Shown here piece by piece: positions 30,972 through 41,002 of a stretch of DNA of 59,404 nucleotides. Source of the DNA: Terrimicrobiaceae bacterium (GTDB lineage Bacteria; Verrucomicrobiota; Verrucomicrobiia; Chthoniobacterales; Terrimicrobiaceae); assembly GCA_044342325.1 (NCBI GenBank), contig JBIIPZ010000018.1, positions 1 through 59,404 of the forward strand, in the 5' to 3' direction. The position numbers and the translations under genes are program-made. Positions within the stretch are counted from its first letter, which is position 1. Every line of letters starts with the position of its first letter. The notes beneath the pieces were generated by a model. The model was not told the origin of the DNA. It ran no database searches and was given only the letters and a program-made list of their open reading frames with translations.

Positions 30972-32009
30972 ATGACACTCCCGCAGCTCACAAATCGCGC
31001 GGACGAGGGTAATCCCCTCACCTTCTACGAGATACAATCGGCCTGTGATTTGCTACTCGATGAGGGGCAGTCCACCGAAGTGCGAGCGGATTTCCTGCAA
31101 GCTCTGCACAAACGCGGAGAGTCGGCGGAGGAAATCGCAGACTTCGTCGAGGTCCTCTTGGAGCGCGCTGTAAAGCTGCCGTTTTCGGGTGAGGGCTGCA
31201 TCGATGTATGCGGAACCGGCGGAGACCGCGCAGGCTTTTTCAACATCTCGACCGCCTCTATGTTCGTGGTCGCTGGAGCCGGAGCCAAAGTCATCAAACA
31301 CGGAAACCGAGGCATCACCTCGAAATCCGGCGGAGCCGATGTCCTCGAAGCCCTTGGCGTGAAAATCGACCTTTCCCCTCACTCCATCGCCGCAGCCTTG
31401 GAATCGGCCGGTTGCTGCTTCCTTTTCGCACCGGCCTGCCATCCCGCATTCCGCGCGGTTGTGCCAGTGAGGAAACTTCTCGCCCAACGCGGCAGTGCCA
31501 GCATTTTCAACATCATCGGCCCCCTGCTGAACCCTGCCAGACCTGAGTTCCAACTCGCAGGAGTCTTCAATCCCGATCTCATAAAAACCTACGCCGGAGT
31601 TTTTCAAAAACTGAAGCGCACACGCGCCTGGGCCGCGCATGGAACAGGGCCGAACGCCCTTCAAATCGACGAGGTTTCGCCCATCGGCAAAACCATGGTC
31701 ACAGCCCTGGAAAAAGGTTCTCTCAGCGAGTTTGAAATCCATCCGCAAGATGTCGGAATCGCCGCCATGGCACCCGAAGCCCTCCTAGGGGGCGACGCCG
31801 CCGAAAACGCAAAAATCCTGCTTTCGATTTTCAATGGCTCGGACCGCGGCCCTCGCCGCCAAGCCGTCCAAATCAACGCCGCCGCCGCCCTAGTCGTTGC
31901 AGGATCCGCCCCCGACCTCCAATCAGCATGGAACCTTGCCGAAGCCTCCCTCAACGAAGGCCGCGCCATGGAATCGCTCCAAACTTTGCAAAAAGCCTCA
32001 ACCCTTTGA
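30972..32009 (+). CDS. trpD: Anthranilate phosphoribosyltransferase
   Basis: DVCGTGGD, FNIST, KHGNR.ITSKSGGADVLEALG, FNIIGPLLNP. Confidence 0.95.
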   Translation: MTLPQLTNRADEGNPLTFYEIQSACDLLLDEGQSTEVRADFLQALHKRGESAEEIADFVEVLLERAVKLPFSGEGCIDVCGTGGDRAGFFNISTASMFVVAGAGAKVIKHGNRGITSKSGGADVLEALGVKIDLSPHSIAAALESAGCCFLFAPACHPAFRAVVPVRKLLAQRGSASIFNIIGPLLNPARPEFQLAGVFNPDLIKTYAGVFQKLKRTRAWAAHGTGPNALQIDEVSPIGKTMVTALEKGSLSEFEIHPQDVGIAAMAPEALLGGDAAENAKILLSIFNGSDRGPRRQAVQINAAAALVVAGSAPDLQSAWNLAEASLNEGRAMESLQTLQKASTL

Positions 32010-32672
32010 GGGCCCTCGAACCGCTTTGAACAACGGAATCGCTACCAGCATTCCGAGGACAGGTGCCACCAAGTAGATCCAGAGGTAATCAAGCTGTCCA
32101 GAGACGATGGCCGGGGCGAGTGAGCGGGCCGGGTTCATGGAGGCTCCGCAGATAGGGCCTGCGAAGAGGGCTTCGAGCGCGATGACTGCCCCAACCACGA
32201 TCCCGGCGGTGATTCCTTTTTCTTTGGCTCCTTGGGAAACGTTCAAGATGACGAACATCAGTATAGCAGACAAAATCACCTCTAGAACAAAGGACTGCAT
32301 TGGCAACCCGGCAGGAAGGGTTGCGCCCAGATTTCCGTTTTGTGGAAATAAAAAGTGAAGTGTGAGGCTCGCCAGTAATGCGCCTGAAAATTGAGCAGCG
32401 AGATAAATCAAGACGCTGAAAAATGGAAACAATCCTGCAACGGCAAAGGCTAGAGTTACCGCTGGATTCATGTGGGCACCCGACACATCACCAAGCGAAT
32501 AAATCATCACCAAAACAATGAGCCCGAATGTGAGTGCCACACCGAGGTGCGTAATGGCACCGCCAGACTCTGCATTAATAACAATGGCCCCGGTTCCGGC
32601 GAAAACCATGGCAAAGGTGCCGAGGAGCTCCGCAAAAAACTTACGGAGTGCGTCGAACTGGCTGGAACTCAT
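31998..32672 (-). CDS. MIP-family aquaporin/aquaglyceroporin (putative arsenite channel)
   Basis: SGAHMNPAV and [12 protein letters not shown] motifs; last gene of the ars operon. Confidence 0.9.
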   Translation of the reverse strand: MSSSQFDALRKFFAELLGTFAMVFAGTGAIVINAESGGAITHLGVALTFGLIVLVMIYSLGDVSGAHMNPAVTLAFAVAGLFPFFSVLIYLAAQFSGALLASLTLHFLFPQNGNLGATLPAGLPMQSFVLEVILSAILMFVILNVSQGAKEKGITAGIVVGAVIALEALFAGPICGASMNPARSLAPAIVSGQLDYLWIYLVAPVLGMLVAIPLFKAVRGPSKG

Positions 32673-33115
32673 TTCGCGAGGTCTTGACCCTGACGGAGAC
32701 CTGCGGCGTAGGCTTCGAAGACGAGACGGATTTGATCCCGCACACGGCGAAACTCCCCAAGAACCTCATCTTCCGACCCCACCGCATGCGCGGGATCGCT
32801 GAAGCCCCAGTGGTAGCGCCTGACCTGGCCGGGAAACATAGGGCAAACTTGATCGGCGTTGCCGCAAACTGTGATGACCGTATCGACCGGGCGGTTTAAA
32901 AACTCTTCCAGATGCTTCGAATGGTGACCACTCAGGTCGATGCCGATTTCGCGCATGACTTCGATCGATTTCGGGTGGACATAGCCGACAGGTTTTGAAC
33001 CCGCACTGGCGACTTCGATGAGATCACCTGCGGCGGCCCGCAGGATGCCTTCGGCGATGTGACTGCGGCAGGAATTCCCCGTGCAGAGGATGAGAACGAG
33101 AGGTTTGGTGGTCAT
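32669..33115 (-). CDS. arsC: Arsenate reductase, LMW-PTP/thioredoxin type
   Basis: [29 protein letters not shown]. Confidence 0.9.
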   Translation of the reverse strand: MTTKPLVLILCTGNSCRSHIAEGILRAAAGDLIEVASAGSKPVGYVHPKSIEVMREIGIDLSGHHSKHLEEFLNRPVDTVITVCGNADQVCPMFPGQVRRYHWGFSDPAHAVGSEDEVLGEFRRVRDQIRLVFEAYAAGLRQGQDLAK

Positions 33116-33131
33116 GTTTAGTTTTTTTTGA

Positions 33132-33590
33132 TCAGCAGCAGCCGGAGCCGGAACAGCAGCCTTCAGAATCATTCGAAGGCGCGAGGCAAATATCCTTTGC
33201 GAGGCAATCCGTGTGTTTCGTTGAAAGAAAAACAACAACAGACTCCGCATCGACAGCGACAGACTCCACAGGGAACTGCGAAATGAGCCCGTCCTCGTAT
33301 TCGAGTTCGACCTCGAGATCCTCGCCATGAAACAGCGGAGCCGCTCGGTCGATGATGTCCGCCAGTTTTCCAGCCGGGAGACGGTGGTCTGTGTCGTCGG
33401 CCACCCAGGCTTGCAGACAGAGAAACGAAGTTTTGCGGAAGGTGGCTCCACAATCAAAGAAGGTCTTGTCCACACGCCCGACTTCAGTGATGTGGGCATG
33501 CACCGGGACAAGTCCACCGTCCGGGAGCACAAATCTGAGGTTAAGGGTGGGATTTTGTTTGAGAGAAGCAACGAAGGCGCTGGATTTCAT
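33132..33590 (-). CDS. DUF6428-family protein with a Cys-rich C-terminus
   Basis: [36 protein letters not shown] and terminal GCCSGSGCC. Confidence 0.75.
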   Translation of the reverse strand: MKSSAFVASLKQNPTLNLRFVLPDGGLVPVHAHITEVGRVDKTFFDCGATFRKTSFLCLQAWVADDTDHRLPAGKLADIIDRAAPLFHGEDLEVELEYEDGLISQFPVESVAVDAESVVVFLSTKHTDCLAKDICLAPSNDSEGCCSGSGCC

Positions 33591-33600
33591 AAGATTTTAT

Positions 33601-33616
33601 TTGGTGTTTTTGCCAA
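33601..33616. promoter_or_regulatory. Putative second ArsR operator
   Basis: TTGGTGTTTTTGCCAA, a near copy of the palindrome at 33961-33976. Confidence 0.55.
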
Positions 33617-33629
33617 TGATAAGGTTCGC

Positions 33630-33953
33630 CTAACAAGCCTCACAGTGTTGCTGCAGGCTTTGATTCAGTTTGATGAGGTCGATGCAGCGAAAGAACTCCA
33701 AAAAGCACGGGCAGGCGATCTGGTAAAAGACGCTTACCCCGCGCTTTTCACACTGAAGCAAACCTGCGCGCCTCATCACGGCAAGATGCTTGGAGAGTGT
33801 CGTGACATCACATCCCGCGAGATTCGTGAGATCGTTAACACATTTCTCTCCCTGCGTGAGAACATCCATCACCAGCAGACGCGTGGGGTGAGCCATTGCT
33901 TTGACGATGACTGACCTGTCGTGTGCGGTGTTTTTGGCCGATTCTAAATCCAT
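33630..33953 (-). CDS. arsR: ArsR/SmtB-family repressor
   Basis: KAMAHPTRL, EKCVNDL, TLSKHLAVMRRAGL, EKRG..VFY; Cys-rich tail. Confidence 0.88.
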   Translation of the reverse strand: MDLESAKNTAHDRSVIVKAMAHPTRLLVMDVLTQGEKCVNDLTNLAGCDVTTLSKHLAVMRRAGLLQCEKRGVSVFYQIACPCFLEFFRCIDLIKLNQSLQQHCEAC

Positions 33954-33960
33954 CACTTAA

Positions 33961-33976
33961 TTGGCAAAAATGCCAA
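33961..33976. promoter_or_regulatory. Putative ArsR operator
   Basis: Inverted repeat TTGGCA-AAAA-TGCCAA immediately upstream of arsR. Confidence 0.65.
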
Positions 33977-34063
33977 ATATGATGTGGGGCGTCAATGGCC
34001 TTTTAGTTTCCAGCAGAAAAGCTGTGCAAACCTTGAACCGCTTGTGAGAATTCGCGACAGATT

Positions 34064-34570
34064 ATGAAATTACTTCCCGTCATCATTTCCTGCGTGGCCA
34101 TGACCGTTCTTTTGAATTCCTGCGCGACTTCGCCGCAGTCTCTGGCACCCGCAGGCATCGCCGCTCAGATGGCAAAACAAGGTGTCCCGGCATCGACCCA
34201 GAAGCGCGTTCAGGCAGGACGCGTGCTGGATTTTGACGACATTATGAGTCTGGCGAAAGCTGGTGTCTCGGACAAAGCCATCGTGGCCTACCTGAAGAGC
34301 ACCAAGGCACCCTACAAATTCACCACCGCCCAACTCGAACAACTCTCGAATGCCGGTGTGGGTTCGACTCTTGTGAACTACCTTGGACAATCAGTCGGCT
34401 ACTACGAGGCCTCCAAGCGCAATCAACTCGGCGGAAGCAAGTGGGACAGCCATCCGTATTTCAACGACCCATTCTTCTGGGGCGCAGCCCCGTTTGACTA
34501 CGGCTTTCCAGGCGAGTGGAGCGATGAGAGTTTCTATCGTGGAAGCCCTGCAATGCCATCGCGGCGTTGA
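34064..34570 (+). CDS. Hypothetical lipoprotein
   Basis: Lipobox LLNSC; DDIMSLAKAGVSD..IV..L helical module. Confidence 0.7.
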   Translation: MKLLPVIISCVAMTVLLNSCATSPQSLAPAGIAAQMAKQGVPASTQKRVQAGRVLDFDDIMSLAKAGVSDKAIVAYLKSTKAPYKFTTAQLEQLSNAGVGSTLVNYLGQSVGYYEASKRNQLGGSKWDSHPYFNDPFFWGAAPFDYGFPGEWSDESFYRGSPAMPSRR

Positions 34571-34595
34571 AAAATTGGTGTATTATTAATAATCG

Positions 34596-34955
34596 ATGGA
34601 AGCGGTCCAATTCAGAGTCGGTAACGAAAAACTCATCCGCGTTCTGGATGCGGCGAGCAACCGTCTGCGCTCGATTCTCACCAAGCAAGGCCGTCCCCAG
34701 GGTGCTCTTCGCGTGGCGGTGATCGGAGGCGGTTGCTCGGGACTTCAATACAAGATGGACCTCGTGGATGGCCCAGCCAACCGGGATATCATGGTCGAGT
34801 CGAATCAAGTGCGCGTGGTCGTGGATCCCAAGAGCGCGCTCTTTGTGAGTGGATCAGAACTCGACTTCAGCGATGACCTCCAGAAAGGCGGATTCAAAGT
34901 GACGAATCCCAATGCCGTTGCCCACTGCTCCTGTGGCGAGAGTTTTTCGGCGTGA
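34596..34955 (+). CDS. Fe-S cluster assembly A-type carrier (IscA/SufA/ErpA family)
   Basis: GGGCSGLQY, VDPKS, NPNA..HCSCGESF. Confidence 0.93.
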   Translation: MEAVQFRVGNEKLIRVLDAASNRLRSILTKQGRPQGALRVAVIGGGCSGLQYKMDLVDGPANRDIMVESNQVRVVVDPKSALFVSGSELDFSDDLQKGGFKVTNPNAVAHCSCGESFSA

Positions 34956-35488
34956 GTGACCATTTCGCCGAACTCGGCCTGGCTCGCGCTGCATGGGTCG
35001 AGGCCGAGGAGGTTAAATCGCGGCACCACCTGCTCATGGCTGCGTGCCACCCGGATAAATCTCAAGGCGATGGAGACCGCGCCACCCGTTTGAATGCGGC
35101 GCGCCGTATTCTGGAAAAACCCGCGACGAGGCTGCGGCATGTTCTGGAACTCGAGTTTCCAAACTTTCAATCCACCCAAAAAACCCAACCTGACTGGGAC
35201 TTGTTTTCGAGAACCGGCGAAGCGGCAAGGTTAGCCACACAAGTAGCATCCGCCGTCGCCTCGGCCACAAGTCCCCTGGCGCGAGCCGTGGCAACCAAGC
35301 AAGCCGCCGAAACACGCAAAAAACTTGCGGCATTGCAGGAGGAACTCACCCAGAGGTCAATGGACATGGAGCAAAAAACCAAGTCGCTTCACCTTACCGA
35401 TCCTCAGGCTATTTCGAACCTTGCTGAGGAATGGATTTTTTTAAACCGCTGGCAGTCCGTGATTCACGAAGCACTGGCCGCGCTGTGA
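34952..35488 (+). CDS. HscB-like J-domain co-chaperone
   Basis: DHF.ELGL, HPDK, LNAARRILEKPATRLRHVLEL; coupled to the iscA-like gene. Confidence 0.65.
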   Translation: MSDHFAELGLARAAWVEAEEVKSRHHLLMAACHPDKSQGDGDRATRLNAARRILEKPATRLRHVLELEFPNFQSTQKTQPDWDLFSRTGEAARLATQVASAVASATSPLARAVATKQAAETRKKLAALQEELTQRSMDMEQKTKSLHLTDPQAISNLAEEWIFLNRWQSVIHEALAAL

Positions 35489-35491
35489 AAA

Positions 35492-36379
35492 TCACAGAAC
35501 TGAGTCCGGCACAATTTCCGTTCCGATGCCTGCATTGGTGAAAATCTCAAGCAGCAGGCAATGTTGAATGTGCCCGCCGATCATGTGGATTTTTCCAACT
35601 CCGCGTTCCATGGCGGAAATTGCCGAGAGAACTTTTGGAATCATACCGCCTGCGATGATCTTTTGCTGAATCAGGCTTTTCACCTGCTTGGTAGTGACGC
35701 TGGGAATAAGGGATTCGCGGTCCGAGGCGTCTCGCATGATGCCCGGCACATCGGTGACATAGATCAGCTTGGCGGCTTGTAGCTCGGCAGCCAGAGCCGC
35801 TGCGGCGATGTCGGCGTTGATATTTAAAACAACACCCTCCGTCGTGGCTCCGATTGGGCTGATGACGGGGACGATCTCCGCATGCACCGCCTCGCTCACG
35901 GCTCCGGCATTCACCTCTTGGGCTTCCCCAACGAAGCCGATATCCACCGTTTCTCCTTCTATGACTGCCTGCTTTTGAAGCTGACGGGCTATGAAGACAT
36001 TCTTGCCAGAAAATCCTCGGGCCCTCCCTCCGAATTCATTGATGGTCGAGACGATGGAGGGATTGATTTCCTTGTCGAGTGTCTCCTCAACGATCTTGAT
36101 CGCCGTGGCGTTTGTGGCTCTGAGGCCCTCGATGAAACGGGCCTGCAATCCGGCATCCTTCATGCGGGCCGTGATCGCCTTGCCGCCACCGTGAACAAGC
36201 ACGGGATTAATGCCGACCGCCTCGAGAAAAACGACATCGCGCAGGAATTTATCGACGATCTGGTCGTCCTCCATCGCGGAGCCGCCATACTTGATGACGA
36301 AGGTCTGGCCGCGATATTTTTGGATGTAGGGCAGCGCCTCGATGAGGCATTCGGAGCGGACTTCGGGTGTGGTGAGCAT
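35492..36379 (-). CDS. argB: Acetylglutamate kinase
   Basis: EALPYI, VIKYGGSAM, VHGGG, NINAD, GGMIPK. Confidence 0.96.
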   Translation of the reverse strand: MLTTPEVRSECLIEALPYIQKYRGQTFVIKYGGSAMEDDQIVDKFLRDVVFLEAVGINPVLVHGGGKAITARMKDAGLQARFIEGLRATNATAIKIVEETLDKEINPSIVSTINEFGGRARGFSGKNVFIARQLQKQAVIEGETVDIGFVGEAQEVNAGAVSEAVHAEIVPVISPIGATTEGVVLNINADIAAAALAAELQAAKLIYVTDVPGIMRDASDRESLIPSVTTKQVKSLIQQKIIAGGMIPKVLSAISAMERGVGKIHMIGGHIQHCLLLEIFTNAGIGTEIVPDSVL

Positions 36380-36383
36380 TAAT

Positions 36384-37571
36384 TTATTCGCCGAGATTCA
36401 ACCTCACATACTCTTCAGTGAGATCGGTGGTCCAAACATAGTAGGAGCCCTTCCCAAGCTTGAGATCGACCGTGACCTTGAAGGATTTTTTGGCGGCAAT
36501 GGCGCGGAGCTTTTCAAAGGGCGTCTTGGCAGCGATGCCGTCCTTCACGGAGGCGAGCTTGTCGTAGAAAATATCGGCCTTCGTGTCATCGACCTTCACG
36601 CCGCAATATCCAACCGCGTCGAGAATTCGGCCCCAATTCGGATCCCCGCCGGCCCATGCGCATTTGACGAGCGTGGAGTTGGCAATGGCCTCGGCGGCGA
36701 TGCGGGCCTCCTTGTCGTTGGCTGCGCCGCTGACTTCGACTTCAACAAAACGCGAAACGCCCTCGCCGTCGCTCACGATCATTCGCGCCAGGGCGCGAGT
36801 AACCTCATCCAGCGCCTGCGAAAATGCGGCCATGTCGGGCGTGCACGCGCTCAGGCCGTTGGCGAGCAGGATGACTGTGTCATTCGTGCTCATATCGCCA
36901 TCGATGGTGATGCGGTTGAAAGAATTTGCCACGGAGCGCTTCAACTCGGCCCGAAGAGCGGATTGGGGAATGGCGGCATCCGTTGTCACAACGCAAAGCA
37001 TGGTGGCCATGTTCGGATCGATCATTCCCGCGCCCTTGGCAATGCCTCCCACACGGAACGAGCCTTTGGAGGTTTTCACCTCGACGGCATATTCCTTGCC
37101 AAAGGTATCGCTCGTCATGATGGCAGCGGCGGAAGCAGCACTTCCGTTGCGGGTTGGCTTCAACGCGGCGATGCCTTTGGCAATGCGATCCATCGGCATG
37201 GGAACGCCGATTCGGCCGGTTGAGCAAACAAGGACTTCTTTCTGTTTCAGTCCTAAAAGGTCAGCAGCCGCGGCACACATGGCTCTGGCGTCTTTGAATC
37301 CGCCCTCGCCTGTGCAGGCGTTGGCATTTCCGCTGTTGAGGATCACTGCTCGGTTGCCGCCAGCTTTGAGATGTTCGGCCGAAACGCGCACTGGCGCAGC
37401 TTTGACATTGTTGGTGGTAAAGGTCGCGGCGGAGGTAGCAACAGCTTCGGAGAAGACGACTGCCACATCATCGCGTGTGACCTTGCCGGTCTTGATTCCA
37501 CAACCCGCGGCTCCCGCAACAAAGCCCCGTGCGGCACAAACGCCGCCTTTGATTTTTTTGATTTCGATCAT
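36384..37571 (-). CDS. argJ: Ornithine acetyltransferase/N-acetylglutamate synthase
   Basis: NSGNANACTG, STGRIG, KGAGMI.PNMATML, DGDMSTND, DGEG, DPNWGR. Confidence 0.96.
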   Translation of the reverse strand: MIEIKKIKGGVCAARGFVAGAAGCGIKTGKVTRDDVAVVFSEAVATSAATFTTNNVKAAPVRVSAEHLKAGGNRAVILNSGNANACTGEGGFKDARAMCAAAADLLGLKQKEVLVCSTGRIGVPMPMDRIAKGIAALKPTRNGSAASAAAIMTSDTFGKEYAVEVKTSKGSFRVGGIAKGAGMIDPNMATMLCVVTTDAAIPQSALRAELKRSVANSFNRITIDGDMSTNDTVILLANGLSACTPDMAAFSQALDEVTRALARMIVSDGEGVSRFVEVEVSGAANDKEARIAAEAIANSTLVKCAWAGGDPNWGRILDAVGYCGVKVDDTKADIFYDKLASVKDGIAAKTPFEKLRAIAAKKSFKVTVDLKLGKGSYYVWTTDLTEEYVRLNLGE

Positions 37572-38605
37572 AGCAATCCAGCCGTCTCGTCGAGTCCGGC
37601 CATGAGGTTGAAGTTCTGCACCGCCTGACCAGCAGCGCCTTTTACCAAATTATCCTCCGCAGAAAGTAGGATCAGCCTGCCCGTGCGGGCATCGAACCTT
37701 GCGGAAATATCGCAGAAATTAGTGCCAGTTACATTTTTCGTATCGGGGAGATTCTGTGAAACACGAACGAATGGCTCATTCGCATAGCAGGCCTCCAGCG
37801 CGGGCAAAATGGCCTCCGCCGAAGCCCCCGCCGCGAGGCGCGTAAAGATCGTCGTATGGATTCCACGCGTCATAGGCGCAAGGTGCGGAGTGAAGGTGAT
37901 CGTGACTTGCCGCGAAGCCGCCAGCGAAAGTTCCTGCTCGATCTCCGAGAGATGCCGGTGTTTGGGCAATCCATAGGCGCGCAGGCTTTCATTGCACTCG
38001 CCAAAAAGAAGCGCCGTCTCCGCCTTGCGCCCTGCTCCACTGACCCCGCTGGCGCTGGCCACAGCGATATCCTCGGAATCGATCAGACCGGCTTTCAGAA
38101 GAGGGACCAAAGGCAACAAAATCGATGTGGGGTAACAGCCCGCCGAGCCAACAAGCTTGGCCGAGCGGATTGCATCACGGTGCAACTCAGGCAAACCGTA
38201 AACAGCCTCAGGGAGTAATTTGGCAGCAGGATGCTGTTCACCGTAAAATTCGTGATAAACCTTGGCATCGCGCAAACGGAAATCCGCACTCAAGTCGATG
38301 ACTCTTTTCCCAGCCTCCCAGAGCGGCACGGCATACTCCGCCGCCAGTCCATGGGGAAGGGCGAGAAAGAAAAACTCCGCCCCTGAGTGAAGAAGCGAGT
38401 CCATCGCAGGTTCGCTGAAGAGCAGTTTGAAAAACTCCCCCACCCTGGAGAGGCGCGGCAACACCTCGCCTGCGGGCTTGCCCGCATGCTGACGAGAGGT
38501 CACCGCAACAACAGAGACCGATGGATGCCGCGCCAAAATCGCGCAAAGCTCCTCACCGGAATATCCATTGGCACCGACGATCGCGACTGGGACCTTGCCA
38601 CTCAT
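37568..38605 (-). CDS. argC: N-acetyl-gamma-glutamyl-phosphate reductase
   Basis: GANGYSG, FLALPHG, IDLSADFRL, GCYPT, SGVSGAGR, DNLVKGAAGQAVQN. Confidence 0.96.
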   Translation of the reverse strand: MSGKVPVAIVGANGYSGEELCAILARHPSVSVVAVTSRQHAGKPAGEVLPRLSRVGEFFKLLFSEPAMDSLLHSGAEFFFLALPHGLAAEYAVPLWEAGKRVIDLSADFRLRDAKVYHEFYGEQHPAAKLLPEAVYGLPELHRDAIRSAKLVGSAGCYPTSILLPLVPLLKAGLIDSEDIAVASASGVSGAGRKAETALLFGECNESLRAYGLPKHRHLSEIEQELSLAASRQVTITFTPHLAPMTRGIHTTIFTRLAAGASAEAILPALEACYANEPFVRVSQNLPDTKNVTGTNFCDISARFDARTGRLILLSAEDNLVKGAAGQAVQNFNLMAGLDETAGLL

Positions 38606-38610
38606 AGAAA

Positions 38611-39933
38611 TCAGGCCGCAGCCATCGAGGCGGCACGCGCGAAGCGGGCGAGAGTGCGCTCCTTGCCAAGCACCACAAACATTTCATAAAGGCCGGGGCC
38701 AACCGAGCGACCGCTTACAGCAACGCGGGCAGGATGAACCAACTCGCCGGTCTTCACTCCCAAGGCCGTTGCCGTTTCCTTTAACGCGGCCTCCAGTGAA
38801 GCATGCGACCAATCCTCTACCTTCGCCAGGGCAGAAATCAATGCCTGCAGACGGCCAACTGCGCCCGCTTTTTTCAAACTTTTTTCGACAGCCTCGGGAT
38901 CAAAAGCGAACTCCTCCGTGAAGAGGAATCCGATCCAGTCAGGCACATCGCTGAGGTGCTTAACCTTCGGTTTCACAATCGTGAGCGCCGCCAGAAGCGC
39001 CGCCTCCGAACCGTAGGCAATGCCCGCTTTTTCCACGAAAGGCTTCGCCAATTCCACAAAACGGTCGAAGCCCATCGAGAGGATATGCTGACCGTTCAGC
39101 CAAAAACATTTATCAAGATCGAAGATGGCGTTGCGGCGATTGATTTTATCGATGTCGAAAAGCGCTAGGATTTCCTCCATGGTGAGCTTCTCACGATTCT
39201 CGCCGGGAGACCATCCGAGCAGGCAGAGATAATTCGCCACCGCCTCGGGAGCGTATCCGTGCTCCATGAAGTAGGTAATGCTCGAACCGCCATCGCGCTT
39301 ACTCAGCTTTTTGCCCTCGTGATTCAGGATGAGGGGAATGTGGCCGAAGACCGGTGGCTTCTCGCCGAGCGCATTGTAGAGCTCGATGTGCTTGGGCGTG
39401 TTCGAAAGGTGATCCTCGCCTCGTATCACATGCGTGAGCTTCATTTCAATGTCGTCCACCACATTCACAAAATGGAAAATGAAAGACCCATCCGGACGCC
39501 GAATCGTCATGTCCGGGTGAGTCGCCGGATTTGACATGTCGAACTCAATACGCCCGCAGACCATGTCCTCAAGAACCACCGGCTTGCGCGGGGAGCGAAA
39601 GCGAATCGCACCACCATCCTCATACACATGACCACCCGCCTCCAAGCGGGCGAGGTATTTGGCATAAATCTCGGACCGCTCGCTCTGACGATAAGGACCA
39701 TAATCGCCGCCCATGTCCGGACCCTCATCCCAATCGAGACCCAGCCATTTCAGCCCATCGTAAATAACCTGATGCGCCTCCGCCGTGTTGCGTTTCTCAT
39801 CCGTGTCTTCAATCCGGAGAATAAATTTCCCTCCATGTCGGCGGGCGTAGAGCCAGTTGAAAAGAGCCGTGCGAGCCCCTCCCACATGAAGATAACCAGT
39901 CGGTGAAGGAGCAAATCGTGTGCGAACAGTCAT
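38611..39933 (-). CDS. gltX: Glutamate--tRNA ligase
   Basis: RTRFAPSPTGYLHVGG, LRIEDTD, HVIRGEDH, KLSKR, anticodon domain. Confidence 0.95.
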   Translation of the reverse strand: MTVRTRFAPSPTGYLHVGGARTALFNWLYARRHGGKFILRIEDTDEKRNTAEAHQVIYDGLKWLGLDWDEGPDMGGDYGPYRQSERSEIYAKYLARLEAGGHVYEDGGAIRFRSPRKPVVLEDMVCGRIEFDMSNPATHPDMTIRRPDGSFIFHFVNVVDDIEMKLTHVIRGEDHLSNTPKHIELYNALGEKPPVFGHIPLILNHEGKKLSKRDGGSSITYFMEHGYAPEAVANYLCLLGWSPGENREKLTMEEILALFDIDKINRRNAIFDLDKCFWLNGQHILSMGFDRFVELAKPFVEKAGIAYGSEAALLAALTIVKPKVKHLSDVPDWIGFLFTEEFAFDPEAVEKSLKKAGAVGRLQALISALAKVEDWSHASLEAALKETATALGVKTGELVHPARVAVSGRSVGPGLYEMFVVLGKERTLARFARAASMAAA

Positions 39934-39997
39934 CCACACACGAAAAGGGATTTCACACGGGAACTCAAGAGAGGAAAAAAGCATCCCGCAGCTGCGA

Positions 39998-40031
39998 ACC
40001 AAAATTTTGAACGATCGTCCAATTTTTTGGT
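39998..40031. repeat. 34-bp palindromic repeat, copy 1
   Basis: ACCAAAATTTTGAACGATCGTCCAATTTTTTGGT, 35 bp upstream of the PaaX-like start. Confidence 0.9.
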
Positions 40032-40066
40032 TTGCGCGTCCGGCACCGAATGCTACTCCACGCGGC

Positions 40067-40828
40067 ATGAAGCCAAAGACGGAGTTGTTTCTCTATACCT
40101 TGATGTGGGGCCTGAACATCATGGCGCGACCCACATTTCGCTCGATGGACCAATCTTTCGAAGGCTGGGCCTGGAGGCACGGACTCTTGAGACGGATTCA
40201 TCGCCTCGAGAACGAGGGTCTTATTTCACTCGATGAGAGCGTCGGAGAAAAAACAATCACCCTGACGCAAAAGGGAAAACTCCTCGCCCTCGGCGGCTTC
40301 GACACCGACGCGCTGTGGAACTGCAAATGGGACGGTAAGTGGAGGATCATCACCTTCGATCTCCCCGAGTCGCAACGCAAAGCCAGGCACGATCTCAGGC
40401 TCACCCTGCGGCACCAAAACTTCGGTTGCCTCCAACGCAGCATCTGGATCACCCCCCATCAACTGGATGCGAGCCTTCGTCAAAAAGGACTCCAGCTTAA
40501 AAGCCAAAAAGGATTCGCCATCATCGAAGGCGTATTTCTTGGAGACGCAGGTAACGAATCCATCGTCAAAAGCGCATGGGACTTCGCAAAGATCAACAAA
40601 CTCTACACGCGCCACGCTGAACTCCTCAAAATCGCCCCCAAACAAAAATGCACCGAGGCGGAGTTCAACGAATGGGCATCCGAGGAATTGAAACTCTGGC
40701 GCGAAATCCTGCACAGAGACCCGTTCCTCCCCCTGCAACTTCTTCCCAAAGGCTACAAAGGCATCAAAGCCCGGGATGAAAGACTGAAAGTGCTCGGCAC
40801 CCTCAAAAAACTCTTCATAGAAAAGTAG
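40067..40828 (+). CDS. PaaX-family protein: wHTH, Cas2-like central domain and PaaX C-terminal domain
   Basis: IHRLENEGLI...ITLTQKG (wHTH); WDGKWRIITFDLPE...R..LR..L....FGCLQRSIWITP (Cas2-like); AWDF..IN..Y and DPFLPLQLLP..YKG (PaaX_C). Confidence 0.85.
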   Translation: MKPKTELFLYTLMWGLNIMARPTFRSMDQSFEGWAWRHGLLRRIHRLENEGLISLDESVGEKTITLTQKGKLLALGGFDTDALWNCKWDGKWRIITFDLPESQRKARHDLRLTLRHQNFGCLQRSIWITPHQLDASLRQKGLQLKSQKGFAIIEGVFLGDAGNESIVKSAWDFAKINKLYTRHAELLKIAPKQKCTEAEFNEWASEELKLWREILHRDPFLPLQLLPKGYKGIKARDERLKVLGTLKKLFIEK

Positions 40829-40891
40829 AGCCTCTTCCCTGCACTCAGGAATCCGCCCCTACCTTACAGCCACTCCAGTTACCAAGCATGA

Positions 40892-40925
40892 ACCAAAAAT
40901 TTGAACGATCGTCCAAATTTTTGGT
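40892..40925. repeat. 34-bp palindromic repeat, copy 2
   Basis: ACCAAAAATTTGAACGATCGTCCAAATTTTTGGT. Confidence 0.9.
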
Positions 40926-41002
40926 CGCCCTGGAATTGTTATCTGGTCTGCATCTGAAGGGAAATATGCGGTTTTTTTGAGACTTGGTTACGGTTTTTAA
41001 TA

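Noticed and set aside
40067..40828. Phenylacetate catabolism repressor paaX
   Set aside because: Family resemblance only; there are no paa genes in the window, so the gene symbol was not assigned.
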